From Lytechinus pictus (taxonomy: Eukaryota): 64,000 nt of DNA. This document shows, piece after piece, positions 1-14,900 of this stretch. Position numbers and translations under genes: made by a program. The DNA is taken from positions 11,346,001 to 11,410,000 of the forward strand of contig NC_087262.1 of assembly GCF_037042905.1 (NCBI RefSeq), read 5' to 3'. The notes under the pieces are model-generated. The model had not been told where the DNA came from, made no database searches, and worked only from the letters and a program-made list of their open reading frames with translations. Numbering within the stretch: the first letter of the stretch is position 1; every line of letters starts with the position of its first letter.

Positions 1-32
1 GAATGAAACTCGGTTTAATGACATGATTTGTT

Positions 33-282
33 CACTGCAAAAATACCGGTGTTAATTAACACCAGCCTGGTATCTCTATCGGTCCACACCAGATAGGGTG
101 TTGAAACAACACCGGTTTAGCGTTAGGCTAACACAAATTTGGCATTAAAGGAACACCAATAAGTGTTAAAACTTAAACCAATATCGGTTTGATTCTTAAC
201 TGGTGTTGTTTCAACGCTTCTATGGTGTGGACCGAAATAGAAACCAGACTGGTGTTAAAGTAACACCGGCGTTTTTGCAGTG
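33..282. mobile_element. MITE, CACTG..CAGTG termini (CMC/EnSpm-like)
   Basis: Long imperfect TIR CACTGCAAAAATACCGGTGTTA / TAACACCGGCGTTTTTGCAGTG; 2-bp TT direct repeat on both flanks. Confidence 0.8.
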
Positions 283-3200
283 TTTAAATCAGTATCTCAT
301 AAAACACTATATTGATAGATGAATGTTTTCATGGAGGAGGGGATATATAAATCCCTTAATTAGTTATCAACAAATAAATTTTACTTATAGTGTGTAAATG
401 TTAGTAAGATAAGGTTCAGAAATTTTGTTACGAATCAGCGTTATTCCCTTTATTCATTTGTTGTGTTCACAAATGTTCTGAGATATTCTGGTTTATCATT
501 GGAATAAGATAAAGAGGAAAATGTGGAGCATTTGGACTGCCGTTGGCGATTTTTATTTTTGGCACGAACGCCAAAACCTATAGAAACGTAATAATTACGA
601 TTAACCGCAATTAAAAACAACGATTTTGATTGTTAAAATTGAAAATTTTCAACATTGTGTTATGTATATGTTATTTTAATTGACCAGTAGCATTTTTTAT
701 TATTGATTATATGTGTCATGTTAATAATTATGGTGGAACTTATCATGCAGATGAATAATTTGAAAGAATGGGCTATCAGTTCGTGCAGTGGGTTTTGTGA
801 TGCCAGTATAGACTACACTATAGTTCTGGTACCATTGCAGGAAAAATGCAATTAAACGCAATTTGATTTTCAACCTATCAGATGCACTCTTTTGTGGGAC
901 TTGCGTTTGATTATCTGATTTATGATCAAACCAAAGTTTCCCTTTTTCAAAGCCCACCCCCCCCCCCAACATGTTGGCGAAAGACTTTGAAACCTGCCCA
1001 ATATAATTAGTGCTTTCCTCGCTGCCTGCATAACAACATCGTGTGAATCGCTTTCCTCCTTCATATTGCGTGCAAAAACGCACGCATTTGCGACGGTTTT
1101 GTCATTAGCATCTTGATGTAATATCGTAAACTCGATCATATACTTTAAGTAAGTGATTTGCCAGGTTTCTAAATGAATTCCACTGACTTTTGCGTCAGTT
1201 TTGTTCAGGATTAGGAGCCTTTATGATCTTCCTTCCCGGGGAGAGTGTTCCCGTATGTGATCTGCAGACGCGCCGACTATCTCAGCTCGCATTAAATTAT
1301 TTAGTAGGCTAATTAGCTCGAGCTGCTTTAGAAGGCTATAGCGATATATGTTTTTGTTTTTCATCTTATCTGGGAGTGAGCCCTATCTAGTTTTAATGCA
1401 ATGCTTAAGCATTAGTTCTTGAAGATTAAACGTCATAATTTCACATCAATAATTTCATAGGCAGCTACTTATCAATCACACTGTTATTACATTTAAAACA
1501 GTGTGATGGATTATTATAATGCTTTAATTTTGGTGACGTATGAAATAAATGAATATAATACCTAAAAGGTTCCAACACCCGTAATTCAAGTTACAAAAAA
1601 CACAAACAAAACAAGTGAGTCTAAGTAACGTGCTCGTTTTTTTTTAAAGAATATATATTACGATTTAGAATAGTAGATTCAATGATATCTATTTCATCCT
1701 AATAGATTCAAAATAAAGAAATAAACACACATTTGGATACTGTTTTATAGATTATGAGTATAGATAACAGCGGTTGAACGAAGAGACGATAATCATAGAC
1801 AAATGTTTATATGTCAATATGGGGCAATAATCCGCAAAAGATGTAAAACATTATTAAATTAACACATTGATTTCTGAGTCCCGTATTCCCCCTGTAATCT
1901 TTGCGCAGGTAGGTTTTTCAGTAGGTAAGGAGTTAAGCTCCCATGTTATTGTAATGTGTGTGGATTAATTACGAATTGCTGGTTATTTGAAATTCCACTA
2001 ACCATTCAAATACCGTTCAAACGCGTTGATAGAAACATTCCATTTCATGTTCGTAAGATGGCGGTATTTAAAATCGTAATATTTTTCAACATGCCTAATA
2101 AAAACGATGTTTTTAAGTTATGAACTTGACTCAAGTGAAATCAAATTAACGTCTGATGTGACAAGGCCTGTGTCAAGTTCCTTCTTCATTTTTATAGTTT
2201 TCTTTATGTTGTGCTTTAATTTTTAAGGACATAAAAGTTCCTCCCCACAATTTTATCAGGAATCGTTAGTCTTGTTTGTATATCCAGATTGTATTAAAAG
2301 TACATATTACCGAGAGGCTGGGTAATACTTATGCATTTAACGTACATTCCAGTAGAATTGCGAAGATTTCATAAATCTGACCGACGATTGGATATGAATG
2401 CATACATTTTCTTACATGATGTGTTATTTTACAATTAAAGTAATTATTTGGTAAATGGTTGTAGATTTCAAACATTAGTATTTGTATATTCATTGGATTT
2501 TATGTTTACATTTTGGTGTGATGACTATCCTCTGTATTAAATTGATTTTATGGTACGATACCAATTGCAATTTTCGTGGACTTTTTATTTCTTTTATTAC
2601 GGTAATCGTGGTTACATTACTTGCATAAGACTCATAATTTCTATTACTCCCTTTCCTTTCCTCCTTTATCCTTCTCTTTCCATTTCTGTTCTCTATCTCC
2701 ATGTCTGAGAAACTCTCCCCTTCTTTCTATTTCTATCTTTTCTTATTTTTTCTCTTTCTCTTTCCTACTCCTTCTCTAGATTTCTCACTTTTTGTTTAAT
2801 TCATCATTTTTTCTGCTTTTCCCTCTTTATTTTTCTATATTTTCTTTCATGTCTCGTCCTGTCTATCTGAGCAACTCTCTCCCCCTCTCTCTTATTCTAT
2901 CTCCCCTCTCTCCCCCTCTTTCTCTCTCTCTCTCTCTCGCGCGCGCTTTCTTTCTCTCTCTCTCTCTTTCCTTGTTTCTTTCTCTACATTACTTTCTCCT
3001 TCCTTCTTTTGTCCTATGTTCTTCTCGGAAGTCTTGAACCGCTAAAAACTGGCTGTATAACTTAAGGCCTATTTTTTAATTAGTATTTTTACTCAAATTT
3101 TACTTTCTATTTTTTTACTATAAAATTCAATTACAATACTTACTGTATATACATATATGAATATCAAGGATCCATGTAGAGAAGAATAGAACGAAAGCCA

Positions 3201-6200
3201 ATACAGAAACGATATTTCTGACTAAGAGGGGGCATATAACGTTCTAGAGATAAGGAAGAAAAGGTTACTAAATGTTTGTTAGATAGAAATGTCATAGCCA
3301 CAGGCGTAACTATTCATCCCCTTATCTGTTCGAAGGAAAAAAATCTGTATAACTCTTCGATTCAATATCACTTTTGTTGAGCCCTATCAAATTCTTAAAT
3401 ATTATAATGATCGATAAACATTTTCTGTTTCCTTTTGGCAAATATCACTTAGCTATGTCAACATTGACGTCTAGAATAGCGTGCAAACATTTCCCTAACT
3501 AAGTGAAACCCCACCGGCTAATTAGAACGAATGAATTATTTACAGTTATAAAAAGCAACACGAAATTGCAGAAGCCATTAGTAAAGAGGGTAAATTCGTC
3601 TCATCTTTTGTTCCTAAATCAATTGCGGTTAAGGTACTAAAAAACCTAAGTGTATAGATACTTTGCTTTTTAATTTTCTAAGCACTGTAATTGTCGTAGC
3701 CAATAAATACGACATTCTTATTTACGACATTTTGCCTGGTAGTGCTCATGGAATTTTCCAAACAGATTTGTGGAAAAAAAGGGAAAAAGAAACACACTAA
3801 ATAAGTAAAGTCTGCAAATTCATCTGTCAATGTAAGATAAAACAATAATTATACTTGAGCGGAAGATGGCGCTGTGATAAAAAGTGTGGTCTGTAAGCCT
3901 ATGACGGTTGAAAAAAATATACAGAAGAAATAGGGATACTTTATTGATATTTCGTTTGAAATCCAATGGAAAATAACAATGATTTTGATATTCGCAAGGT
4001 CAATAAATGTTCTCAGCAATGAATCAAAATGCAATTTGAAATATTATTTGGTAAACAATTCATTTCAATGGCGTAATCAGTAAAAAAAATGAGAAGGGCA
4101 CACCATGGCCTATGTAGGAAAATATCTTAAAAGATGCGAGTCAACAAAGCAAGCAAGCAACATGATTGGTCTTTTTAAAATTGAATTTTTATTCTTTGTT
4201 TAAAGATTAAGAGAAAGATTGCGACATAATATTCAACAAATAGTAGATCATAATTTACAAAAAAAAAATAGTTTCACTTTCTTTCATTTACTTATTTTCT
4301 TTCTTTTTTCCTGGTCGTGGAACCCTTTTTTTTTTTGGGGGGGGGGGAGTGGCCTTTTAAAATCATGATCGGTCAATATCAATCACATGATGTATTTTAG
4401 TCTATCACCTGATTAGGATCCAGCCCGCCATTTTGCAAAACTCTATCTCACAAGACAGTGTAAACATAACAGTCCTCTAGATTTTCTCTTATTCTATGTA
4501 TCGTACCCGACAAAAGCCTCTTTGGTTATTCTTCGAAAACAGAAAGACACCCAAAGCGAAACAAAACAATTATGAAGTTGTTTTTCACCCGTTTCTACAG
4601 ACCCTTTCATCACTAATTGCTATTCATGACGTTTTAAACAGAAACAGAGCGACAGAACATACAGACGCAAACAAGTCGGCATCGGAATTCAATCTTGTTT
4701 GATTGTGCCGTGCCTGGGGTCCCCGAGCGCTACTTTGGTCACACACGAATGCAAACAAAGTGCAGAATTGGAACTACTCTTGTCTTCAAAGCATCACTCG
4801 TGGTCGCGTCTCCTGAGGCGCTCCAAGGTAATAGGACATCGAAAACGATCCCTTTAGTTTGAGCTATGTTTCCATGGACAGACCTTTGAAGTGATTTAGC
4901 AATATTCATCATTAGTCACATTCGCGAGAAAATCGTACGTCTATCAAACGAATGCGTTCAGAAAAAAGGCTTCCGAAATGATGGCATTTGGATCTAACTG
5001 CGCTTTCAGAATAAAAAGATATATCGTACTCACACGACGTATGAATTTACGATAAGTTAATATATGATTATCCAGACGCATCGGCACGTTAAGGGAGCAT
5101 TCATAATTTATACGCAGCACATTAATTTGTATTCCTCCTTTGCACGAACTTCGTGCGGGGTTCGATCATCATGAGTTTAATATCAAACTAGCATAACGAA
5201 GAAGCCCCGGCAACCTATACGACGTATAGATACGACATCACGTATATACGTCGTACGGATACTCGTACGAAACATGCCAACGCCGTCATTTTCTAGTCAA
5301 ATTTGAACAAAGTCATTTTTACTAGAGAATATTACAAGCTAGAAACATCAGTTGCTCCCAACTGACTCCCTGTATGCAAATGAAGAAATTGCAATAAATC
5401 TCTTTCATGATTAAAACCATGTAATGCTTTGATTTTGATATATGGTTTCTGATGACGTCATTAATTTGACATTCAAAATCAGAACTGAAATGATATCATG
5501 AACATCAATATGAGTGCATCCAGAGTGCACCATATTTATAGGATGGTGGTAATTGCAGCTAATGTGATACTAGTCGCCAGAAGGCGAAAGTAGTGACATT
5601 TGAATGATAAGCATTACATCGACATTTACATCTTGACTTACGCCGCGTATTCCCACGGGCCTATTAGAATACACTTATGCGATTCGTCTGGGGACAAGGG
5701 CGGGAAGAATAAATTTGCGCGGGAAAAGATGCGTCGTTTTATCGGCCCGTTGTGCTCCAATAGAAAGGGAAGTTCTGAGGGAAAGGGAGGACCCTCGTGT
5801 TGACATTTTGAGTATCAATGGTAGGGTCTCTTCATGTTTTAGTTCGATTTGTCCGGTATTGATGTTGACATTGACTGCCGAACGGGGGCAATAAAAGACA
5901 AGTTTGTGTGTTCATGTAGGAATATACATACGATCTGTATTACGAAATTCGTACACCAGTATAAAGCAAAGTCTGTTGCATTAATTAGAGAGACGCAATT
6001 AATAAATCAATTTGACACTTGATCGTATTCCAATGACTAAAATCTAAAATGGGATATGATCGATTTTGTGACCTTCGGCAGTGCTCAAATGATCATTACG
6101 AGTTTGCCGGTGGTATAATTAGTCTTTGATGCGAACATGCTCCTATAAAAAACTCAACCAATTGAATAAAAATAGATCGCAACGATAATTATAATGCGCG

Positions 6201-7875
6201 AAATCAGTTTTCAAACTAAATACAAAATTGGTATTGGATCTTTTCATTCATTTCTTTTATCACAATCGCCCTAAGAATCGCTTAACAGGCTGAAGAAGTT
6301 ATCTTTTAAGTAAGCATGTTTCCTGATATATTTGGATAAATTACATTTTGATATGTTTCAATATTTCATTCATTATGTTGGTTAAGATCTATCATGTGGT
6401 TACTATATTTAAAAAAGGTGCCTGCTAGCATTTTTATCTTTCGTTGATAAATAAGTAGGGACTCAAAATGGAAAGAAATAGTGTTGATAGTCGTTTTGGC
6501 GGGAGGAAGAAAAAAGCTTTACATTGGTAGTATTTAGCGTCGGGGTATCGGCTGCAAGATAAACACGGGAATGTTTGCCCGTTGAGGCGAGTATGGACCG
6601 ATTGACATTCAAATGGAGAGTCAGATTGCTTTTCAGAAATCAGCTCAGCAGAAATGCTGCGCCTACAAGACGTTCTCATTATGTTTATTTTCTCGCTTAA
6701 ACTTCAAGGCGGAGTCCAACCAAAATATAAATTGTCGGTGTTGAATCAATTATAAATCTATAGAGCGACGCTAAAGAGTAAAACAAATCAAACAATGATT
6801 CTCTCGATATATATTTTTTCCTATTTTGACTTGTTGTATAACGATTAGAGCTTTAGATTGCCTTATCTTTGCCATTTTCACTTAAAATGATTATGATTTA
6901 TACATTATATGATGATTGAATTTATTGTATCAATTTTACTCAATGCATTCGATATAAAATTATTCGATCGCTCATCCTCTGATACTGTTTTCTTCATGCT
7001 TGAATCTTTCCCCTCAATATTAAAACTGCAAATTATTTAATGTCAATAACAATAATTGTTTCCAATTTTAAAATGGGAAGAAGTCATGAACTCACATATT
7101 TTCCAACTTCATCATTATCAGATTATTAATGTACAAAATAATATAGATATAACGCCACTGGTGTAAATTCAATCAGCAAAGGGGATGAACTATTGTGTCA
7201 CCCCCCCCCCCCCGAATAGCAGGACGTTATGTACTTACACCCATGCGACAACAATACTATGAACAATCATAACGATTCAATATATGAACTAAATTTATAT
7301 TCTCTGGATTTGTCCTTCGGAAAATAATACCACAAATAAAGTGGAAAAATGACTCAATTCAATACACTGCATCTGTTGTTACTAAACAAATAATATTTGA
7401 GTTACCTTCACGTTAGCATCGAAATGGTGACTAACAAATTCAATTGACATCGATCTCATTTGGAGTCAATTTGCAGAAGAAAACAAAATTGAAAAGCAAG
7501 TCATACCCTTGGTACCAATAAATAAGAAACAGATGACATTCAATCTCTGTGGCGGAGATCCCTGAGGGTTCGCAACGTGGTTGTTCTTGAATCATCACAT
7601 AATTTATATTGGTTAATTTTCACTTGGTTTACAAGCATTTGGATTACGTCACAAAAAGGTTTCATAACCTATTGGCTAAACCCACTTGATCTACTATAAG
7701 TTTGGTGTAATTGTCGTTTGGTCTGCATTTCACTCGGTCTTAAAGTTACTTCTATTTTCACTTAGCCTAACGCTCAGATGGTCCCGTTTCCACTTCGTCT
7801 ACTTATTCTTTTGCAGTTTGTCAAATGAAAACTTGATTCATAACAGTTCATTTTGTAATCATTATAGACATTGTT

Positions 7876-8052
7876 CTGCACTCAACCCAGGTGAGGTAAA
7901 TGGGTACCCGGCAGGATTATTTCCTTGAATGCATGAGCGCTGAAAGGCAGCTCGAGCTAAGGCCGGGGTAATAATAATAATAACAACGCGCCTCGGAATA
8001 GAATATTTCTAGATAGATGGCGCTATATAAATGCCTATTATTATCATTATTA
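7876..8052 (+). mobile_element. 5'-truncated SINE (core and tail)
   Basis: cactcaacccaggtg..aatgggtacc core and ccggggtaataa..gcgctatataaatg..(tta)n tail, shared with the SINE at 59938. Confidence 0.75.
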
Positions 8053-8194
8053 TAGACTAAGCGGCAATCAGGAGAAATTGGTATAGCACAACTAGAAATT
8101 AAACGAAGTAGGATATTAAGATCCAGTGGGAAGAGACCTCATAGAAGGTAGACGAATTGGGTATTTGCCAAGTGGTGATTTGTTTATACTTTAA

Positions 8195-8488
8195 GCTATG
8201 GTTACACCAAAACCAAGTTCTCCCGAATGAATTGGGATCGACTACCCCCCCCCCCCCGAATCTAAGAGAAGTCCATCCGAATACACCCCGAATGTGGTCC
8301 GAATGAAATTTGACGTGACCACATTATTTCGGAGCGTATTTGGCTGGTTTTTAAACGTTTCAAAACAAGCAGAATCCCTCCCGAATTTTCTCGCATTCGG
8401 GGAGGGAGAACAGAATACTCTTCGAATCGTCCCGAACACGTCTATTCGGATGGATTCGCAGCCGACTCGGGTCCGGTGTACCCCTATC
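8195..8488. mobile_element. MITE flanked by TTAA, related to the element at 22713
   Basis: Imperfect TIR GCTATGGTTACACC / GGTGTACCCCTATC; TTAA at 8191-8194 and 8489-8492; internal atacacc.cgaatgtg and tccctcccgaat also occur in 22713-23228. Confidence 0.7.
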
Positions 8489-8701
8489 TTAACCAATTAA
8501 TGTAAAGTCCTTGAAACTTTCCATAGAGGGAATTCGTATTCTTCAGTCCCACCAAACATGACAAATGAACCGAGTCCAAACCGATTGATTGTCTGCCGAT
8601 AGAAATAAACGTGAAGGCTTTGATCGGTTTGGAGTCAGTTTGGCCGGTGCGACTGTGGCATCAACCTTGGGTTGATGAATCGGCTTATCAAGTGTGGAGT
8701 T

Positions 8702-8830
8702 GCCGTGGCCGAGTGGTCTAAGGCCCCTGACGAGACACATGGAAATCCGAGGTTCGATCCCCGCCCACGGCACTTATGCCCATGAGCTAGGTGTTTAATC
8801 TATACCACTGCTCTTTTATCCTGCATTCTT
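8702..8830 (+). mobile_element. tRNA-derived SINE head
   Basis: GCCGTGG..CCACGGC stem, A-box TGGCCGAGTGG, B-box GGTTCGATCC, degenerate anticodon arm, SINE-type continuation. Confidence 0.7.
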
Positions 8831-8850
8831 GGTAAATATGTGTGTACTTG

Positions 8851-9002
8851 AGGAGAAAAAGAAGAAGGAGAAGGAGAAGAAGGAGAAGGAGAAGAAGAAG
8901 AAGAAGAACGAGAAGAAGAAGAAGAAGAAGAAGAAGAAGAACGAGAAGAAGAAGAAGAAGCAAAAGATGAAGAAGAAGAAGAAGAAGGAGGAGGAGAAGA
9001 AA
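8851..9002 (+). repeat. (GAA)n/(GAG)n purine microsatellite
   Basis: Directly visible; source of the poly-K and poly-F ORFs. Confidence 0.95.
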
Positions 9003-11300
9003 GTCGTCAGAGGGGAGGAGGCGTTAAGGAGAGCCAAAAGAATCTTAGGGCGAAAATTGTAAAACGGGACACAGAAAATAATTTCCCTTTAACATGAAGA
9101 AGGAAATATAAATAACAATGATAATCATTAAAGATAAATAATAGCCAAGTTAGATATAAATCCTCATCTACAAACTGGGTGTACAGAACCAAATACAGAA
9201 CACTCCCAAAATAAAGTATAATTTGTCCATTCGATGAAGCCAGCATTTTCTCTCTCTCTCTCCCCCTCTTTCTTTTGTTTAAGTTGACTGCCTTCTTGAA
9301 TGATGAGAGTTCTTTTGATACGCCATCAAACAGTAAATTCATCTCCCCTGTGTCAAAAACGTCAAAAAGTGCTCTAGATAAGGATTCGACGGCAAAATTT
9401 GTTAATGCTTGGCATCCCAGCTAAAAGTCTTGCGAAAATACCCAGGAATAGCGTACGGCCGGATGCCAAGCGCAAATTTGCGTGAAAGTGTCATTTTTTG
9501 CGTAAAATCTGAAAGAATGTCGAAAATCACGCATTTTTATATTTTGACGGATTATCATCATATTTTTTATTATCTTTGATATGAAATTATTCTTATTCAG
9601 AGTTTCAAATTATAAGTCTCATAAATATGCATTTCAAATTTGAATATTACACACATTTAATGAAGTTTGCGTTCGCTCATTCGGAGATGCCGATGAAATC
9701 TATCATTTTTCCGGTCGCTCATTTGTTGCCATGGCAGTTAAATATCGCACAAATTTGCCAGACAACACCAGTATTTCTTGTTTGCTCTGCCATTAATATG
9801 GGGAGTGAATCCAATTACCGAGCCGAAAAGGAAAATTCCATCATCTTCCCCGTCAGGGAAAGCTGGACATGATGGATGGAACTGGGGGAGATGTATTTTG
9901 TTTAACCATGGATCGACAATATCCAATGCGCTGTTTTTCGGCTGGCTTTCTTTTATTCATGCTATAGTGGTTTATTCTTTCACTCTTAAAAAGGTTGGGC
10001 AAAAAAGGCCCAATTTTTAACCATGACTGGGCAACATTCTGTCCACATAATTATTGGTTAAAATCTGTCCAAATTTGGTAATAAAAACTAATAATTGGGT
10101 AAAAAATTTGCTCAATAGGATAATAATTGCCCAGAATATAATATATTATATATATATATTACCAACATACATTTCCAAACACAGTGGACTTTGCCCAACA
10201 TTTTAAGTGTGCATATAACTGTGACAAGGAGTTCTTGTAAGGATACATATTCTCGAGATATTCAAGTTTGGTTCAATCCTTTACTTTACATTTTTATAGT
10301 TTGAATGATTGTTTTTTTATTCTATCAGAAATTGTTATTATTTGGCATGTATTATCGCGCCCTTAGACGCTAGAAGTATAGGCATACTTTTTGTGCGCTC
10401 TGAAAGCGTACTCTGTATTTAAAACTTTTGTCACCCGAATTTATTCATATCGTTTGAATTATTTTCCTCTCTTGCTGCTTGGCAAATAAAGTCACACGAT
10501 AACAAAACGTATTAAAGACACTTTTTGTACAAACTATAGTACAATATACTAATCATTCTTTATCATCATAAGATTATTGTACACAAATGAAAAGGGGAAT
10601 CGTACATTAAGTTTTGTATTAAAAAAAGGAACAGAATATTATTCCAGTATTATGATAAAAGTTGTAAAAAGATTTGGTTGGGATGTAAATGCTAAATGAC
10701 ATTTACAAAAAGTATAATTTGAAAAAAATGAATAGATATACACCCGGTAGTCTGCATTTATCCAACATATCAATGAGCAACGTTGATCACTGTATAAATC
10801 TTTTTAAAGGCCGCCATATCTCTATCTGAAAAAAATGTATCACAGAACTCGGCAAATTGGCCATGTCGTAAGTATTTCACACATAATCCAATTAACCTAA
10901 CCCCAAGGCGAGATAGATCGGTGGCCCTTGTGGGTGTGAAGTCGGACAGGTTTGATTTAGCGTCATATCTGCAAGTCACGTGTTTACCTTAGGATGACGT
11001 CCCGATCCATCATGGCCGATCCCTTGTCGTAATTGACCGGCGTGTAGGATAAAGGATACGTTAACAGACAGGGGAACAAAATAATAATGAAACTTCTCCA
11101 ATGGGATAGAAGAAAAATAATCTATACTATAGAAGGGCAATGTCGTTTATTAACTGGGGTTAAAAATAAACCTAGATTTATGTTATGGTGGTCTATGTTA
11201 TCTTCGATAAGCCTTATGGCGTCGTCCAGATAGTGTCTCCCAATGAATCAACCAATCCTTCCGATTGAAATCGCTTACTATTCTTCGTTTATGATCCAGT

Positions 11301-11574
11301 GGGGCCCCGCTTACAAAGAGTTGCGATTGATCCGATCAACTACATTTATGGACGGCCAGCAGCATCAACATCTATTATGCATTGTTTGTTTAAACTATTT
11401 CCTAACAATGATTTATATTTATGCATTCTTTGTTTTCTTGAAAATTCACTGTGCTTCTTTTTGTTTACCAAGGACACTGTGCAAATTTCCTGTAGAAAAA
11501 AATATGACATTGATGGATTTCCATAGAGTTACGATTGATTGGATCAGTTGTAACTCTTTGTAAGACGGGGCCCG
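11301..11574. mobile_element. MITE with GGGCCCCG..CGGGGCCC TIR
   Basis: gggccccgcttacaaagagtt is inverted as aactctttgtaagacggggccc; a decayed relative lies at ~12031-12184. Confidence 0.75.
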
Positions 11575-11795
11575 GGAAAGTCCCGTCAGAAGGAGGGGAA
11601 AATCTGACAATTAAAAAGAAAATAAACAGCGGTCAGAAGTCACCACCTTTTCCATTTTTGTCATCCTATTACTCTTGACCAGGAATTGCCAACAGTTTTG
11701 CTGAGAACATAAGATAATCGATATCAAGAAATAAGTGTTGATATCAATCATTATACACATCTTGATATCAAGATTTCAATTCATTATAGTACATG

Positions 11796-11980
11796 TAGGT
11801 GGGTGTTTCATAGAGCTGTTCGTAAGTCAAGAGCGACTTTAAGAACGACTGGAGAACCTTTCTTACGCACTAAATGATCACCAATGAACATTAATGGTGA
11901 AAAATTTACCACAAGTAAGAATCACAGTCGTTCCTAAAGTCGCTCTTAACTTACGAACAGCTTTATGAAACACCCCCCAG
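11796..11980. mobile_element. Hairpin MITE
   Basis: ~50-bp TIR gggtgtttcatagagctgttcgtaagtcaagagcgactttaagaacgactg versus its reverse complement at 11926-11975. Confidence 0.85.
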
Positions 11981-14900
11981 AAAGAGTTCATGATAAAATG
12001 CCTTACCATGCTCACTGTTAGCTTAATCGTCCAGGGTCCGTTTCAGAAAGAGTTGCAATCAAACACAACTTTAAAAAAAATCAAACTAAACTTTATTCTC
12101 AAACCAATCAAATGCAAATATTAGAGACTTGCAATTGATTTGGTAATTGCGTTTAAACAAAACTTCTTTTTTGCAACGGTTCCGAGCCGAGGTGTGACAG
12201 ACCCTTTAGCATTAACAGACTCCCAAGTGAATAACAACACATCGGATGACGTCATCATTTTCGGCAGTGTCATTTTTTTTCATTTCTTCGTCATCGCAAT
12301 CGTATCTATCGTCATCCAAAACTGTGCATGGTTGAATGAGATCTGAATGTGTGCATTGCTAACTGCGTCATTTCCGTTGTCTTTATTTTATGGTTTATTT
12401 TATTTGTTTGATAGTTTATTATGTTTCGCAATTTATCTTATGTTTATGAATTTGAAAGTAAATAGAAATTACCTTTTTTTTTCTTGAGTGCTTTTCCGTC
12501 CTTTGCCTCTTTTCTCCAAAAGAAATATGGTTACATAATTATTGATCGGCTGTGTATGCTCTGCATTAAACAATACATGCTGTAATTTTATGATCTTGCA
12601 TAATTGCTAACTCCTTCAAAATGGTTTTTGGAATGCAAACCCAAATATGATAGTCATGGTCCTGTATTTTCTAGTAACACACACTTACACCAAAACACTT
12701 ATACCCACACCCTCAACCTGTCCCACAATCCTACCAACGCCAACATTCAATGGCTATCGCAACTTGGGGGGTGTGGGAGACAGGGGCCACTGCTTTATAT
12801 TATTTTTTCTTCTTCAAGTGATCAAGATTATTTTAAAACGCACGGGATGGAGGGAGAAAGGAAAAAAATACGATTAGTGCAAAGGGTATACGCATTCGTT
12901 TGAATGCATGATTTTGTTCTATATTTCAACAAAAAAAATCATAATTAAGTCCCACAAGAGTCAACTTGCAGGCCCTCTAACATTGTACCCTATTGCCACC
13001 TTTGCACCCAGTTATCCCTTCTTTTATTACACACAGTCATACATCATGTTCAACAACCAAATTTTATGGGCTGAATCATCAACGTGCAACCCCACAGTAT
13101 ATTCCTCCGATTTACAAACTTACAAACTAACAAACAAACACGAAAATCATCAATAAAATTCGCACCTCTCCATAATACATAAGAAATAGGCAGACTCATG
13201 ATACAGTCACATCCATGAAACCAGCACCAAATCGATTGATGATATGCCATTGGAAATAACGTAGTAGTTTTGTTTCGGTCTAGAAACGGTTTATTTCATG
13301 TGACTGCCCCATGCATGTAGGTTAGTATCGGGGCATTGCCCCGTTCAATAAAAGAGTTCAATTCGAATACGCAGCAATCGGAAATGAGGTGGTCATTTTT
13401 GCATTTTACTATTCAAACGGAAAATTAATGTCCAGAGTATAATATTTGAAAACAAAAACGAATTGGACGGCGATAATTAACATGATTAACGAAATGAGAA
13501 ACTCAATCTGTGTCGATCTGCGATATCTGGAATGTGTATAAGAAAGGTGAGTTATTATAGACTAGTATATCTATGAATGGATTCGGGAAACCTGTTGCTA
13601 TATGTAAGTAAAATGCCATACGTCTTTAACCACCATGTTCACATCTGCAAGGAAAACTTCGACCATATAGACTTTAGATGCTACAGAATAGTCACAAATA
13701 TTGATTGAAACTGAATGCAAATCAATTTTATTTATGCGATTATATTCATGGGTCCCCCCTTTTTTTTTTGGGGGGGGGGGGCATTACGATTTGAACAAAA
13801 ATTACCCCATTCATGACATTCAGGTATTTTAGGGTTGATTACACCTATGTCGGTTATTGAAATTCGTGACATTAATAATTCCTGCATGCAATAGTCACCC
13901 AAACAAAACCGACTCCAAACCCGGGCTCCTAACTGACCGGTGATGCCATTGGAAATAACCGTATCAGCTTTGAGCGGTCTCGAGTCCGCTCCGACAATGT
14001 AACTGTATCATTTTACCTATTTACTACTTTCTTTTTTCCATTTAATTCCTTAGTTGCCTTGAAAACTTCGGAACCCATGCATTTCAAAGTTCACGATAAA
14101 AAACAACCTAAATTTCTATGTAGATCATTTGATTTTCTTCCCCATCACCAAGGCAAGCGCCATTATATTCCACATCAACATAGAAAACCTCCATTCTCCC
14201 CCGATGACCATGTACTGGGCAAGTGCTTGAATTTTCTGTTGTGGTATTTTTCTAAATTCAATTTCAATAATCACATTTGTCGATGTGGCTATCTCTCTCA
14301 GTATGGAACGATATGAAAGTGAGCTGGAAGGGAGAGGATACTTAATTCGATTGAAGAGGGTTGGTGGTGAAGCATTGCGCTGTCTTTTTGACAGGGAGGT
14401 TCGATCGTAATTGACTTTGTTAGCGACTTCGATTGTTTCTTCTTGCATTGTCGCTGTAGCAAGGAACTTCATCTTTGGAGAGTCACTGAGGAATAATTGC
14501 TCTGAGACGTGGTGCATGAGAGGAGAGAGAAAGAGTGAAAGCGATAGGTTGAAGCTGACAGAAAGCATGGGAAGAGAGAGAGAGAGGAAGAGATTGAGAG
14601 AAAGAACACAATATTATTATTTAACGTACAAGTGATATAGTATAACAACTATGCATCTATCTAGTCTGTGCAAATTCTCGGCATTTTTGTTTTGTTTTTA
14701 TTTTTCACTCTATATGCGACCCAAGAGCAAAAAATGCACCTGTTTCAACATACATTGTGCAAAGTGATGTCGTGTAATGTTTGTACCATGAGAAAAAATG
14801 AAAAAAATCCCAACAATAATCAATAAAAAAATTAATCCCCTCTCTTAGAAGCGAAATTCTCAAAGTAAACAATGTAAAATAGGCTGTTGAGTGATAATAA

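Noticed and set aside
8702-8772. Functional tRNA gene (also 32430 and 60586-60670)
   Set aside because: A/B boxes are present, but the anticodon arms are degenerate, there is no T-run terminator, and SINE body sequence follows.
8816-9062. Poly-K/poly-F ORFs, and likewise the poly-S, poly-T, N-gap and HTH-repeat ORFs (25077, 40065, 41618, 45173, 55929)
   Set aside because: Translations of microsatellites, the minisatellite or gaps.
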